Numbered from the stretch's first letter, positions 26,156-35,800 are shown. The stretch is DNA of 64,000 bases from an uncultured Actinomycetota bacterium (GCA_963795385.1 CAWCHK010000012.1:2443-66442); one strand, 5' to 3'. The notes: generated from the sequence alone by a model not told the origin. Translations and numbers: made by a program.

Positions 26156-28266
26156 CGACCTCGACCGACCCGGCGGGCAGCGCCGGCCACGTCGTCGTCG
26201 TGGGCAACCTGACGATCGACGACGTGGTCCTGCCGGACGGGCAGACCCTGATGGCCCGGCTGGGCGGCAACACGGTCCACTCGGCGACGGCCGTCCTGGC
26301 CTGCGGCGTGCCCGTGGCCCTGGTGACCCGCAAGGGCGACGACTTCCCGCCGGAGGCGCTCGACGCGCTGGCCCGGGCCGGGGCCGACGTGAGCGGCGTC
26401 GTCGCGGTCGCCGGGCCGACCGTCCGCAACTGGGTGATCTACGAGGCCGACGGCCGGCGGCACTGGCTCTATCGCACGCCGCCCGGCCGGTCGGCCGAGG
26501 TCGCACCGCAGGCCGCCGACCTGTCCCCCGCGCAGCTCGACGGTGCCGCGGTGGTGCACGTCGCGGCGATGCCCCTGCCCAACGCCGAGCGCGTCGTCGC
26601 GCAGGTGCGCCGGCTCGCGCCTGGAGCCCGGATCACCCTGGACACCCACGAGGACTGGGTCGGGCCGGTGCGGGAGCGGCTGCTCGAGCTGGCCCGCACG
26701 GTGGACGTCTTCGAGCCGAGCCTGGAGGAGCTGCAGGAGCTCACCGGCGCCGCGACCGCGGAGGACGGCCTGCGGGCGCTGGCGGCAGCCGGCCTGACCA
26801 CGGCCGTCGTCAAGGCCGGGGCGGACGGCGCCTACCTGTTCGACGGCGACGCCGTGGTGCACGTGCCGGCCCTGCCGACGCGCGCGGTCGACACCACGGG
26901 CGCCGGCGACGCGTTCTGCGGCGGCCTCGCGGCCGGGCTGGCCAGCGGGCTGGACCCGCTCGGCGCGGTGGCCCTCGGCATCGTCACCGCCGGCACCGCG
27001 GTCGGTGCCTCCGGCAGCCTGCGCCTGCTGGCGACGGATCTGGACGGCCCCGGCCTGCGCGCGGCGGGGGCGGCGCAGGCGAGCCGGTCCCGTCGCCTGG
27101 GCTCGGCCGCCGGGGGGGTGGTGCGCGGCGCCGACCCGTCGATCAGCGGCAGTGACGGCGGCTCCTACGCCATCGACGTGATGCGCCGAGAGATCGCCAT
27201 GATCCCCGACGTCGTCGCGAACGCCGTCAGCGATCCGGGTGGGCGGCTGACGGCCTTGGCGAAGTCCCTTCTCGCGCAGGACATCTCACACCTCTGGCTG
27301 ACCGGGTGCGGCGACAGCGCCTTCGCCGGCCAGGCGGCCGCCCTGGCCTTCCAACGCCACACCTCGGTGACGCCGCACCCCTGTCACGCCCTCGACCTGG
27401 CGCGGTACCAGGCCCGCTTCCTGCCGGCCGGCAGCGCCGTGATGGGGGTGTCGTTCTCAGGACGGGTCGGCCGTACGACCGAGGCGCTGCTCCAGGCCCG
27501 GCGGTTCGGGCACCCGACGTACGGCTTGACCAACGCGCCGGACGCCCAGCTGGCCCGGGCCAGTGATGTGGTGGTCCCGCTCGACGTCACGACCCTGGGC
27601 TTCTCACCCGGCACCTCGACGTACGTAGCGATGCTCGGCAGCCTGCTGCGGCTGGCCGCCGCCGTCAGCGAGCTCGCCGGGGGCGACGGCGCCCTGGCCC
27701 GGGCCCTGGCCGCACTGCCCGAGCAGGCGGCGCGCACCCTGGACCTGTCGGCCGAGCCCGCTCTCCTTGCCGCGCAACGGCTTCAGGGCCGGGCGTGGGC
27801 GACGTTCCTGGGCGCCGGGCCGGGCGAGGCGACGGCCAGGTTCGGCGCCGCGAAGCTGTTCGAGGGACCACAGCAGCTCGCCGTCTCGACCAACCTGGAG
27901 GAGTGGGCGCACGAGGAGTACTTCGTCACCGGGCCTGGTGATCCCGTCGTGCTGGTCAACCCCAGCGGCGCCGGCCACGACCGCGGCCTGGAGATCCTCT
28001 CGGAGCTGCGGTACGTCGGCGCGGACGCGATCGTGGTCTCCGACCTGGCCCCGCCGGCTGGCGGCCCGCCGGGCGAGCTCTGGCTGCCCCTCAGCCCGGA
28101 CGTGCCGGAGGAGCTGTCACCGGTGACCGCGGCCCTTCCGTTGGCACTGCTGGGGTTCCACCTGGCCGAGCTGGGGGGCAAGCAGTCCTACAACTTCCCC
28201 AGCGAGGCGGCCCGGGGCGAGCACTACGACACCATCCACCGCGCGACGGTGGGTGAGCCGGCATGA
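26152..28266 (+). CDS. PfkB carbohydrate kinase fused to tandem SIS (GlmS/FrlB-like) domains
   Basis: N-half GNLTIDD, GG, DTTGAGDAF; C-half TGCGDS, SFSGRVGRTTEA, EEWAHEEY; single uninterrupted 704-aa ORF. Confidence 0.85.
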   Translation: MTTSTDPAGSAGHVVVVGNLTIDDVVLPDGQTLMARLGGNTVHSATAVLACGVPVALVTRKGDDFPPEALDALARAGADVSGVVAVAGPTVRNWVIYEADGRRHWLYRTPPGRSAEVAPQAADLSPAQLDGAAVVHVAAMPLPNAERVVAQVRRLAPGARITLDTHEDWVGPVRERLLELARTVDVFEPSLEELQELTGAATAEDGLRALAAAGLTTAVVKAGADGAYLFDGDAVVHVPALPTRAVDTTGAGDAFCGGLAAGLASGLDPLGAVALGIVTAGTAVGASGSLRLLATDLDGPGLRAAGAAQASRSRRLGSAAGGVVRGADPSISGSDGGSYAIDVMRREIAMIPDVVANAVSDPGGRLTALAKSLLAQDISHLWLTGCGDSAFAGQAAALAFQRHTSVTPHPCHALDLARYQARFLPAGSAVMGVSFSGRVGRTTEALLQARRFGHPTYGLTNAPDAQLARASDVVVPLDVTTLGFSPGTSTYVAMLGSLLRLAAAVSELAGGDGALARALAALPEQAARTLDLSAEPALLAAQRLQGRAWATFLGAGPGEATARFGAAKLFEGPQQLAVSTNLEEWAHEEYFVTGPGDPVVLVNPSGAGHDRGLEILSELRYVGADAIVVSDLAPPAGGPPGELWLPLSPDVPEELSPVTAALPLALLGFHLAELGGKQSYNFPSEAARGEHYDTIHRATVGEPA

Positions 28267-29069
28267 CGCCCGGCGCCTCGACCGGCCCCGACGCTCCCCT
28301 GGCCGAGATCGTCCCGGAGGCCCGGCGCATCGTCGACGCCGCGGAGCAGGCGCGACTGACCCTGCGGGTGCTGGGTGGCGCCGGCGTCGCCCTGCACGAC
28401 CACGTCACCGTGCCGGACAGCCTTCGACGGACGTACGGCGACATCGACGTCGTCGTACCCGCGAAGTCCACCAGGGCGACGTCGGCGGTCCTGACCGCCC
28501 TCGGCTACCTGCCGAACGAGCGGTTCAACGCGCTGCACGGCGCCCGGCGGATGCTCTTCTACGACACCGCGAACGGCCGGCAGCTGGACGTCTTCGTCGG
28601 CACCTTCGCGATGTGCCACCAGCTCGACCTGAGCCACCGGCTCGGTGAGCACGCCCGGGCGCTCGACGCCGCGGACCTGTTGCTGACCAAGCTGCAGATC
28701 GCCGAGATCAACGCCAAGGACGTCGTCGACGCGGTCCGGTTGCTGTTGTCGCACGAGGTGGCAGACCAGCAGGTGCCGCGCGACAGTCTGGAGCCGGATG
28801 TGCTGTCCCTCAAGCGGTTGCGCGACGTCACCAGCAGCGACTGGGGCTGGTTCACGACGTTCACGGACAACCTCGCGAAGGTGCGTGAGGCGGCCCCCGG
28901 CCTGCTGGACGCCCATGACGGCGAGCGGGTGAACCGGGCCATCGACCAGGTCGACGCGTCCCTGCACGACGCTCCCAAGTCGATGCGGTGGCGGGCGCGC
29001 AGCGTGATCGGCCGCAAGACCCCCTGGTACGAGCTCCCGGAGGAAGTGGAGAGAGGTGCGACTCGGTGA
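28263..29069 (+). CDS. Putative nucleotidyltransferase (Pol-beta/AbiEii-like fold)
   Basis: VLGGAGVALH...GDIDVVV...LDVF...LLTKLQ...KDVVD; ATGA/GTGA coupling on both sides. Confidence 0.65.
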   Translation: MTPGASTGPDAPLAEIVPEARRIVDAAEQARLTLRVLGGAGVALHDHVTVPDSLRRTYGDIDVVVPAKSTRATSAVLTALGYLPNERFNALHGARRMLFYDTANGRQLDVFVGTFAMCHQLDLSHRLGEHARALDAADLLLTKLQIAEINAKDVVDAVRLLLSHEVADQQVPRDSLEPDVLSLKRLRDVTSSDWGWFTTFTDNLAKVREAAPGLLDAHDGERVNRAIDQVDASLHDAPKSMRWRARSVIGRKTPWYELPEEVERGATR

Positions 29070-30017
29070 AGGACGCCAAGATCTTCTTCGCGACGGACAT
29101 TCACGGCTCGGACCGGTGTCTGCGCAAGTTCCTCAACGCCGGCAAGTTCTACGGCGTCGACGCCGTCGTGATGGGCGGTGACATCACCGGCAAGATGATC
29201 GTCCCGGTCGTCGAGGAGGGGCCGGGCCGGTACTCCGCGCACCTGTTCGGTCGCCGGCGTGAGGTCGACTCGGACGGGTTGGCCGGGCTGCACAAGTTCA
29301 TCGCCGACGCGGGCTTCTACCCGCATCCGATGACGCCGGACGAGATGGCCGCGCTCCGGGAGGACCCCGCGGCGGTCGAGGAGCTCTTCCGCAAGCTGAT
29401 GAACGAGACGATGAGCCGCTGGATCGACCTGGCCGAGGACCGGCTGGCCGGCACCGGGATCGAGTGCATCTTCGCGCCCGGCAACGACGACCCGTTCTTC
29501 ATCGACGACCTCCTCTCCAGCAGCGACTCGGTCGTCAATCCCGACGGCCGGGTGGTCGAGCTGCCGGGCGGCTACTCGATGATCTCCGTGGGCTACTCGA
29601 ACCGGACGCCCTGGGCCTCGCCCCGTGAGCTCGACGAGGCCGACCTGCGGGCGGCCATCGACGCCGAGGTGGCCAAGCTCCCCGACCCTCGCGGGCGATC
29701 TTCAACCTGCACGTCCCGCCGAAGGACACCCCGATCGACCAGGCCATGGAGCTCGACGCCGACTTCCGGCCGGTGGTCAAGGGCGGCTCCCCGTCATCAC
29801 CGGCGTCGGCAGCTCGGCCGTGCGGGACGCCATCGCGGAGTACCAGCCGATGCTGAGCCTGCACGGTCACATCCACGAGTCCCGCGGTGAGGCCCGGATC
29901 GGCCGCACCCTCGCGCTCAACCCGGGCAGCGAGTACAGCGAGGGCGTCCTGCGCGGCGTCATCGTCAACCTCTCAGCGAAGAAGGGCCTTCGTGGCTACC
30001 AGCTCGTCTCCGGTTGA
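29066..30017 (+). CDS. Calcineurin-like (Icc-related) metallophosphoesterase, two apparent -1 frameshifts
   Basis: TDIHGS, GGDITGK, PGNDD, NLHVPP (second frame), LHGHIHE and NPGS (third frame). Adding one C at 29686-29688 and one at 29789-29792 restores a single ORF. Confidence 0.82.
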
Positions 30018-30561
30018 GATCGCCGTCATCGGCTCGGCCCGGATCGGCCCCGGCGACCCCCGCCATGCCGACGCCGTACGGCTCGGGTCGGCGCTGGCCG
30101 ACGCCGGCTGGACGGTGATGACCGGTGGGTACGGCGGCCTGATGGGGGCGACCGCCTCCGGTGCCGCCGCGCAGGGCGGCCACACGGTGGGCCTGCCGAT
30201 GAGCGCGTGGGACCACCTCACCCCGGACCCGCACCACGTCGAGCTCCGCTGGAGCCAGGACTACGCCGAGCGGATGCGCCACCTGCTGGCGGCCACCGTG
30301 GTCGTCGCACTGCCCGGTGGCGTCGGGACGCTGGCCGAGGCGAGCTCGGTCTGGGCCGCGGTCCAGACCGAGCCGGGCTCGGCCTCGTTGGTCCTGGTGG
30401 GCGCGGGCTGGAGCCGGCTCCGCGACGCCTTCGGTGCGGAGCTGGTCATCGACGCCGCCGACCTCGCGCTGGCGCACGCCGTCGGCTCGGTCGACGAGGT
30501 CGTGCCGCTGCTCGAGCGGCTGCTGGCCGACCCGGACCAGACCCTGTCCGCTCGCGGCTAG
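30014..30561 (+). CDS. LOG/SLOG family protein (nucleotide phosphoribohydrolase-like)
   Basis: IAVIGSAR, TGGYGGLM, ERM, LPGGVGTLAE. No in-frame start near the 5' end; TTG at 30014 is one base out of frame (probable indel). Confidence 0.75.
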
Positions 30562-30613
30562 CTCCAGGGCGACGGGGTCGCGCCGGACTCCGTCGCGAGG
30601 TGACGTCGGTCGG

Positions 30614-31450
30614 TCAGGCCAACGGCGCGAAGCCCTGGGCCACCAGCGTTGCGGCGATGGCCTGGTTGCCCTTCTCCGACGGGTGGGTGTAGTCGCCGCC
30701 GAGCAGGTCGCCGGACGGCCTGTCCCCGCGGGGGCCGTTGAACCGGTGGTAGATGTCGGCGCACCCGAAGCCGTTCGCCGTCGCAGCCGAGCACAGCATG
30801 GCGTTCCACAGGTCGATGAACGTCGTGGTCGTCCGCTCCTCGGCCTGGGTGAGCCGGATCCCCGGGGCGCCGATCCAGTCGTTGTAGCGGTTGAGCGTTC
30901 GCAGGACCGTGGGCCGCCCGCGCCGCCAGCCGGCCACCGTCGCGAACAGCCGCTCGTACTGCGGGCGGTACGTCGCCGCCGACGCGACGGCGCAGCTGCG
31001 GGTCATCTTCGACCAGTCGGGGATGTCGTTGGCGTCGAGCGCTCCGCCACAGGGCTTGTCCTGGTTGAGCTCCAGGCTGTTGTGGGCGATCCCGACGACG
31101 ATGACGTCGGCAGCGGTGAGCTGTCCCTTGAAGGTCTGGAGCTCGTCCAGGAGCATCGGCAAGGTCAGCCCGTTGTGCTGGGAGAGGTTCTCGACGGTGA
31201 CCTTCTGGCCGGAGGCAGCCTCGAGCGCGCTGGCGTAGCGTGCCACGAAGCCGGTGCACCCCGGGCAGTCGTCCGGGCTGTTGAACGGGATCGAGTCCCC
31301 GATGGCCACCAGGTGCAGGGCACCGGCCGCCCTGGCCGGGGACGACGCGCCACCGCTGCTGCCACCACTGCTGCAAGTGCTGCTGCAGGCGACCAGAACC
31401 GCCAGGACAGCGAGCGCGACCCAGCCGCGGACCCAGTTCACTTGTTGCAT
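30614..31450 (-). CDS. SGNH/GDSL hydrolase lipoprotein
   Basis: LVAC lipobox, IGDSI, G..N, DYTHP. Confidence 0.8.
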   Translation of the reverse strand: MQQVNWVRGWVALAVLAVLVACSSTCSSGGSSGGASSPARAAGALHLVAIGDSIPFNSPDDCPGCTGFVARYASALEAASGQKVTVENLSQHNGLTLPMLLDELQTFKGQLTAADVIVVGIAHNSLELNQDKPCGGALDANDIPDWSKMTRSCAVASAATYRPQYERLFATVAGWRRGRPTVLRTLNRYNDWIGAPGIRLTQAEERTTTTFIDLWNAMLCSAATANGFGCADIYHRFNGPRGDRPSGDLLGGDYTHPSEKGNQAIAATLVAQGFAPLA

Positions 31451-32325
31451 GGCAACACTCCTGGCCGGCAGGGCTCCGATCGCTCGGCCTTGGACATGGC
31501 CTCCCATGCGACGGCGGCGGCCTCGGCATGCCCCGCGATGGAGAAGTGGTTGAGATCGATGGGAGAGGTGAACCCGGGCCGGCTGGGGGCGTCCCGGAAC
31601 GCGCCGTCGTCGTACTGGCAGGCGGCGAACCTCGCGCATCCGGCCCGCAGCGCCTCGTCATAGCCGAGGATGATCCGGTCCAGCCGGTCGAGCTCCGCCG
31701 GCACGAGTCGTCCCTCTGGATCGATGAACGCGCACGGCCCGGTTCCGCCCTCGATGACACGCTGCTGGGGCGTCAAGGCCTTGAAGTCGTTGGCCGGCTT
31801 GCCATAGTGGCTCACCACGAAGACCCGCGACGTCGGCAGGCCGGCGGCCAGGGTGGTGAGTACCGACTCGAACGTCCTTTGGAAGCGCACGAGGTCCTGC
31901 GCCGTCGCCGGACAGGCGATGTCGTTGTCGACGACCTGGATGACGACGAGCGGGTTCGGCGGCCGGGCCGAGACCGCCTGGTGGGCCTGCCCCAGGACGT
32001 CACTCACGGTCGCGCCGCCGCGGGACAGGGAGACCGCGTGGCCCTTGATCTGCGGGTGCACCGCGAGCAGCCGCAGGTAGAGGCTGTCGACGTCGGGATT
32101 GGTTCCGGTGATCCAGGAGTTCGCGCGGGTCTCGACACCGACCGCGCGGTCCGGGTCCGAGCTCTCGCCCGTCGATCCCGAGTGGCCCAGGGCCACGATC
32201 GAGCTCGGGTACCCGACGTACGGCTGCGGCGCGGAGGGCGGCCGCGGCGAGGAGCCACTCCCACAGGCGGGCGCCAGCACGAGCACCGTGACGGCGGTCG
32301 CGAGGACGCGCGTCAGTCGACGCAT
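31438..32325 (-). CDS. SGNH/GDSL-like hydrolase lipoprotein
   Basis: Signal peptide/APAC, ALGHSG, DND, DLNHF. Confidence 0.7.
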   Translation of the reverse strand: MRRLTRVLATAVTVLVLAPACGSGSSPRPPSAPQPYVGYPSSIVALGHSGSTGESSDPDRAVGVETRANSWITGTNPDVDSLYLRLLAVHPQIKGHAVSLSRGGATVSDVLGQAHQAVSARPPNPLVVIQVVDNDIACPATAQDLVRFQRTFESVLTTLAAGLPTSRVFVVSHYGKPANDFKALTPQQRVIEGGTGPCAFIDPEGRLVPAELDRLDRIILGYDEALRAGCARFAACQYDDGAFRDAPSRPGFTSPIDLNHFSIAGHAEAAAVAWEAMSKAERSEPCRPGVLPCNK

Positions 32326-33266
32326 GGCTCGAGCTTGAAGCGGCAGAGCACCGGTGGCATGAGGTCGATGCTCGACAACAGCCCGGCCAGGTCATGGTCC
32401 GCGTCGGGGTCGCCCCAGGTCCAGGCGACCATCACGATGCCCGAGGGCTCGGAGAGGACCACCGCCGTGGACGGCACGCCCGGGACCAGGCCGAGGTAGG
32501 ACCGGCCCGGGTAGGGGTCCCGGGCGAGGGCGAAGGTCACCGCACACGTCGCACCGATCAGGCAGTGACCGCGGTAGGCCGTGCCCGCCCGGGCCACGAG
32601 GTGCACCCGCAACGCATCACGTCCGCCGAGCGTGGTCGCGACGACGGCGGCCGGCTGCACCGAGCCGTGGGCCGCCAGCCGCCTGGCCACGCCCGCAGCC
32701 GACACGCCCTCGGTGTCGCTCATCCGCCCGGAGGCGGTCACCTCGGTCGGGTACTCCGCCAGGACCAGCGCGTCGCCGGTCGCGCTCGACCGCAGCAGCA
32801 GGCCGCCGAGGGCCGGCATGACGCCACCGCCGGCGACGCCGCCCACTGCCTGGAGGGTCCAGCCCCTCGGCAGGGTGAACGCGAACGGTGGCGATGTCCC
32901 GACGCCCATCGCCACCGACAGGTAGCGGCCGGGTCCGGTCGGGCACGGACCGCCGACGGTCACGTAGTCGGACAGCGAGTCGCCGAAGGCGAGGGGGCCG
33001 CAGAACGGCGGCGCGGCCCGGAACGGCATGGTGCCAACGGGTTTCGGTGAAGCCGGCGCGCTCCGCCAGGAGGGCAGACCGCCCGCGCCGACGACGACCA
33101 CCAGCAGGAGCGCCAGGACCGCGGCTGACGCGGCGGCGACCTTCGCCACCGTCCGGCGCCGGTGCACGTCGACGAGCTCGCGGTACGACGCGCCGGCATC
33201 GCTCGCGGCGGTCACCGCGAGCACGGTTCGACGGGCCGCCGCACAGGCCCTCTCGTCGATGCTCAC
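32313..33266 (-). CDS. Single-pass membrane protein, putative anti-sigma/sensor
   Basis: Coupled (GTGA) to the ECF sigma; short N-terminal region, one TM, Cys-containing extracellular part. Confidence 0.55.
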   Translation of the reverse strand: MSIDERACAAARRTVLAVTAASDAGASYRELVDVHRRRTVAKVAAASAAVLALLLVVVVGAGGLPSWRSAPASPKPVGTMPFRAAPPFCGPLAFGDSLSDYVTVGGPCPTGPGRYLSVAMGVGTSPPFAFTLPRGWTLQAVGGVAGGGVMPALGGLLLRSSATGDALVLAEYPTEVTASGRMSDTEGVSAAGVARRLAAHGSVQPAAVVATTLGGRDALRVHLVARAGTAYRGHCLIGATCAVTFALARDPYPGRSYLGLVPGVPSTAVVLSEPSGIVMVAWTWGDPDADHDLAGLLSSIDLMPPVLCRFKLEPCVD

Positions 33267-33835
33267 TCCCCCTCACCCCCTGGTGCCGCCAGCCGTCGGG
33301 CCAGCGTGGCTCGGGCCCGGGACAAGTGCGTCTTCACGCTGCCCTCGCTCATGTCCAGCGTCGCGGCGACATCGGCCACCGACAGGTCGTGGACGTAGAA
33401 GAGCGCCACGACCTGCGCCTGGCGGCGGGGCAGCGACCGGACCGCCGCCCAGAAGGTCTCGTCCTCGGCCGCCAGGGCGACGGGCGGGCGCGGGCGGGCG
33501 CCGAGACGCAACAGGGCCCGAGCCTCGACCCCGCGCCGGCGCAGCTGCGATGTCGCGAGGTTGACGCAGACGCGGCGCACCCACATCGCCGGATCGGCGA
33601 GCCGCGAGACCTCTCGCCAGCGCCGGTAGGCGACCAGCAGCGCCTCCTGCGCGATGTCGTCCGAGCTCGGGCCGCCCACCAGCACCCGGGCCAGCGCGCT
33701 GGTCCGCGCGTACTCCCGCCGGTAGAACTCCTCGAACGACACGTCGGGCAGCCGGCCCACCGGGACGGCCAGATCCACCGGCTCCGCCATCGCGACGGCG
33801 GTCGGTACGTCGGGATCCCGGCGATCCACCCTCAT
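33263..33835 (-). CDS. ECF sigma-70 factor (SigE-like)
   Basis: FEEFYRRE, DDIAQEALL.AYRRW, LP.RQ..V..L.Y..DLSV..VA..L.MSEGSVKTHLSRAR. Confidence 0.9.
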   Translation of the reverse strand: MRVDRRDPDVPTAVAMAEPVDLAVPVGRLPDVSFEEFYRREYARTSALARVLVGGPSSDDIAQEALLVAYRRWREVSRLADPAMWVRRVCVNLATSQLRRRGVEARALLRLGARPRPPVALAAEDETFWAAVRSLPRRQAQVVALFYVHDLSVADVAATLDMSEGSVKTHLSRARATLARRLAAPGGEGE

Positions 33836-33842
33836 ACCCTGC

Positions 33843-33870
33843 ACTCGCCCGGGGCCCACCGGAAGGTTGA
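33843..33870 (-). promoter_or_regulatory. Candidate ECF autoregulatory promoter TCAACC-N16-GCGAGT
   Basis: AAC-containing -35; -10 lies 7 nt before ATG 33835 (leaderless geometry). Confidence 0.4.
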
Positions 33871-33900
33871 CAGGGCTCGGATCTCAGACTGCACCAGCCG

Positions 33901-33943
33901 TTGACTTTGTCAGGCAAAGCTGCTTATGGTTTGTGACACAAAG
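33901..33943 (+). promoter_or_regulatory. SigA promoter overlapped by two TTTG-N5-CAAAG palindromes
   Basis: TTGACT-N18-TATGGT; CTTTGtcaggCAAAG at 33905-33919 and GTTTGtgacaCAAAG at 33929-33943. Confidence 0.65.
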
Positions 33944-33966
33944 CAGAACCCGAGAGGCGGTCGGCC

Positions 33967-34668
33967 ATGAACCCACAGCACGACGTCAACGACACCGCAG
34001 CCGCTGACGCCGACGACTGGCTCGACCCCCGAGATGCGGCTGGGCTCCTGAACGATGCCCAGCGCGCGGCGGCAAGAAAGTTGTCGAGTGACAAACCGCT
34101 GCTCTCGGTGTTCTCCGCCCTGGTCGTGCTGGCCACCTACGGCGCGATCTGGTCGTCGTCGCGCGGTCATCATCCCTACCGGGGCCCGAGTCTCGACGTC
34201 GTAGGACTGGTGTACATCCTGGTCGCGGTCTCGGCCCTCGTGACCGTCTCGGTCTACCTCCGCGCGACCGCCGGCGTCACCGGGCGCTCGCGGCAGGACG
34301 CCCGCGCCATGGCGATCCCGGTCGTCGTCGCCATGGTCGGGGTCTACACCTTCGACGGCGCACTGAAGTACGACGGGTTCAACGCGTCGGTCGTGTACGG
34401 CGTCTTCGACGCTGCAGCGCCGTGGCTGGTGGTCGGTGCGGTCCTGGCCGGGTACGCCGCCGCGAAGGAGGACTGGTGGAAGCTGACCGGTTCGCTCGCG
34501 ATGATCGTCGTCGCCACAGGCAGCGCGTTCGCCGGTCCCGCGAACGTGTGGGGCGTCCTGGCCGTCGGTGGCTGCTCGCTGCTTCTGGGCCAGGCCGCGC
34601 TCCGCTTCTGGTGGGCACGCTCCGGCTCGACGGGCCGGCTCCCACTGCTTCCGAGTCGCCTGCATTGA
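33967..34668 (+). CDS. Integral membrane protein
   Basis: About six hydrophobic segments; coupled to a winged-helix regulator. Confidence 0.7.
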   Translation: MNPQHDVNDTAAADADDWLDPRDAAGLLNDAQRAAARKLSSDKPLLSVFSALVVLATYGAIWSSSRGHHPYRGPSLDVVGLVYILVAVSALVTVSVYLRATAGVTGRSRQDARAMAIPVVVAMVGVYTFDGALKYDGFNASVVYGVFDAAAPWLVVGAVLAGYAAAKEDWWKLTGSLAMIVVATGSAFAGPANVWGVLAVGGCSLLLGQAALRFWWARSGSTGRLPLLPSRLH

Positions 34669-34976
34669 CCGCCGACGACCCGCTCGACCCGCTGATCCAC
34701 GCGCCGGCCCGGCTCCGGATCGTGGCCACACTGGCCGCCTTGCGGGTCGGGGACGAGCTGTCGTTCCGCCGGCTCCAGGACCTGATCGGGCTGACGCCGG
34801 GCAACCTCATCACGCACCTGCGCAAGCTCGAGGAGGCCGGCTACGTCACCACTGAGAAGACGGTCAACGGATCCACTCCGAGGACTTCGGTCTCGCTGAC
34901 CCCCGACGGACGCACTGCTCTTGACGCGTACCGAGTCGCCCTGAGCAACGTGCTGGGCGGTTCGTTCCAGTCGTGA
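34665..34976 (+). CDS. Winged-helix transcriptional regulator (MarR-like)
   Basis: LDPLIHAPARLRI...LTPGNLITHLRKLEEAGYV; TTGA coupling. Confidence 0.85.
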   Translation: MTADDPLDPLIHAPARLRIVATLAALRVGDELSFRRLQDLIGLTPGNLITHLRKLEEAGYVTTEKTVNGSTPRTSVSLTPDGRTALDAYRVALSNVLGGSFQS

Positions 34977-34994
34977 CCCGCTGGCCGCGAGCCC

Positions 34995-35480
34995 TCAACC
35001 GATCGGCTGCGTTGCATAGACGGGGGTGAGCTCGCTCCAGCGCGACTTCCACTCCGACGCCTCGCCCGCGAGCGAACGCCCGAGGTCCTCGAGGTGCGCC
35101 TGCCACCCCGCGCCGTAGAAGTGCAGCTTGTCGAGCGGGTGCCCGCGCTCCTCGACGATGAGCCGGGTCCGGCCGGCCTCCTCCGTGAGCCAGGCCTCGA
35201 GCGTCGCCTCGTCGTCGGCGCCGGGCTCCATGGTGAGCAGCAGGTGGCGCGGCGCCTCGCAGGCCTCGATCCGCGCGGGCCCGGTCCAGGTGCTGGTGAA
35301 GGTGGCATGGATCGTGCCGCCGACGCGGAGGTCGCCGCTGACGTCCGCGATCCAGCGGGCCAGCCGCTCCGGGGTCGTACAGGCACTCCACAGGTCGTCG
35401 ATGTCGGTGTCGTAGACGTCTTCCACCCGGATGGCTCCGCGCTCGTCGTCCAGCGCTCGCATGGTGGCGGTGATGTTCAT
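34995..35480 (-). CDS. SRPBCC/AHSA1 domain protein
   Basis: DDLWSACTTPERLARW, GAGWQAHLE. Confidence 0.85.
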   Translation of the reverse strand: MNITATMRALDDERGAIRVEDVYDTDIDDLWSACTTPERLARWIADVSGDLRVGGTIHATFTSTWTGPARIEACEAPRHLLLTMEPGADDEATLEAWLTEEAGRTRLIVEERGHPLDKLHFYGAGWQAHLEDLGRSLAGEASEWKSRWSELTPVYATQPIG

Positions 35481-35800
35481 GGTCGGGTCCTCTTCCTCTT
35501 GCCTCGGGCGATCTCGGTGTGCAGCGCGTCAAGACGGCCTTGCCACACGGCGCGGTAGGGGCCGAGCCAGGCGTCCAGATCGGCCAGCGGCTCCGGGCGG
35601 AGGCTGTAGATCCGTCGCTGCGCCTCGGCCTGCACGTCGACCAGGCCGGCCTCACGCAGCACCCGGAGGTGCCGTGAGACGCCCGGCCGGGCGATCGGGA
35701 GTGCATCCGCGAGCTCCCCCGCTGTGGCTGGATGATCCCGGAGGATCTCCAGGACCGTACGCCGGCTCTCGTCGGCCAGCGCGTGCAAGACCAGGTCCAT
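35477..35800 (-). CDS. ArsR/SmtB family regulator
   Basis: ALADESRR..L, VSRHLRVLREAGLV, RIYSL. Confidence 0.88.
   Translation of the reverse strand: MDLVLHALADESRRTVLEILRDHPATAGELADALPIARPGVSRHLRVLREAGLVDVQAEAQRRIYSLRPEPLADLDAWLGPYRAVWQGRLDALHTEIARGKRKRTRP

Noticed and set aside
29686..29792. Programmed frameshifting in the phosphoesterase
   Set aside because: Two shifts in short C runs with no slippery heptamer, and many similar indels nearby; sequencing error is more parsimonious
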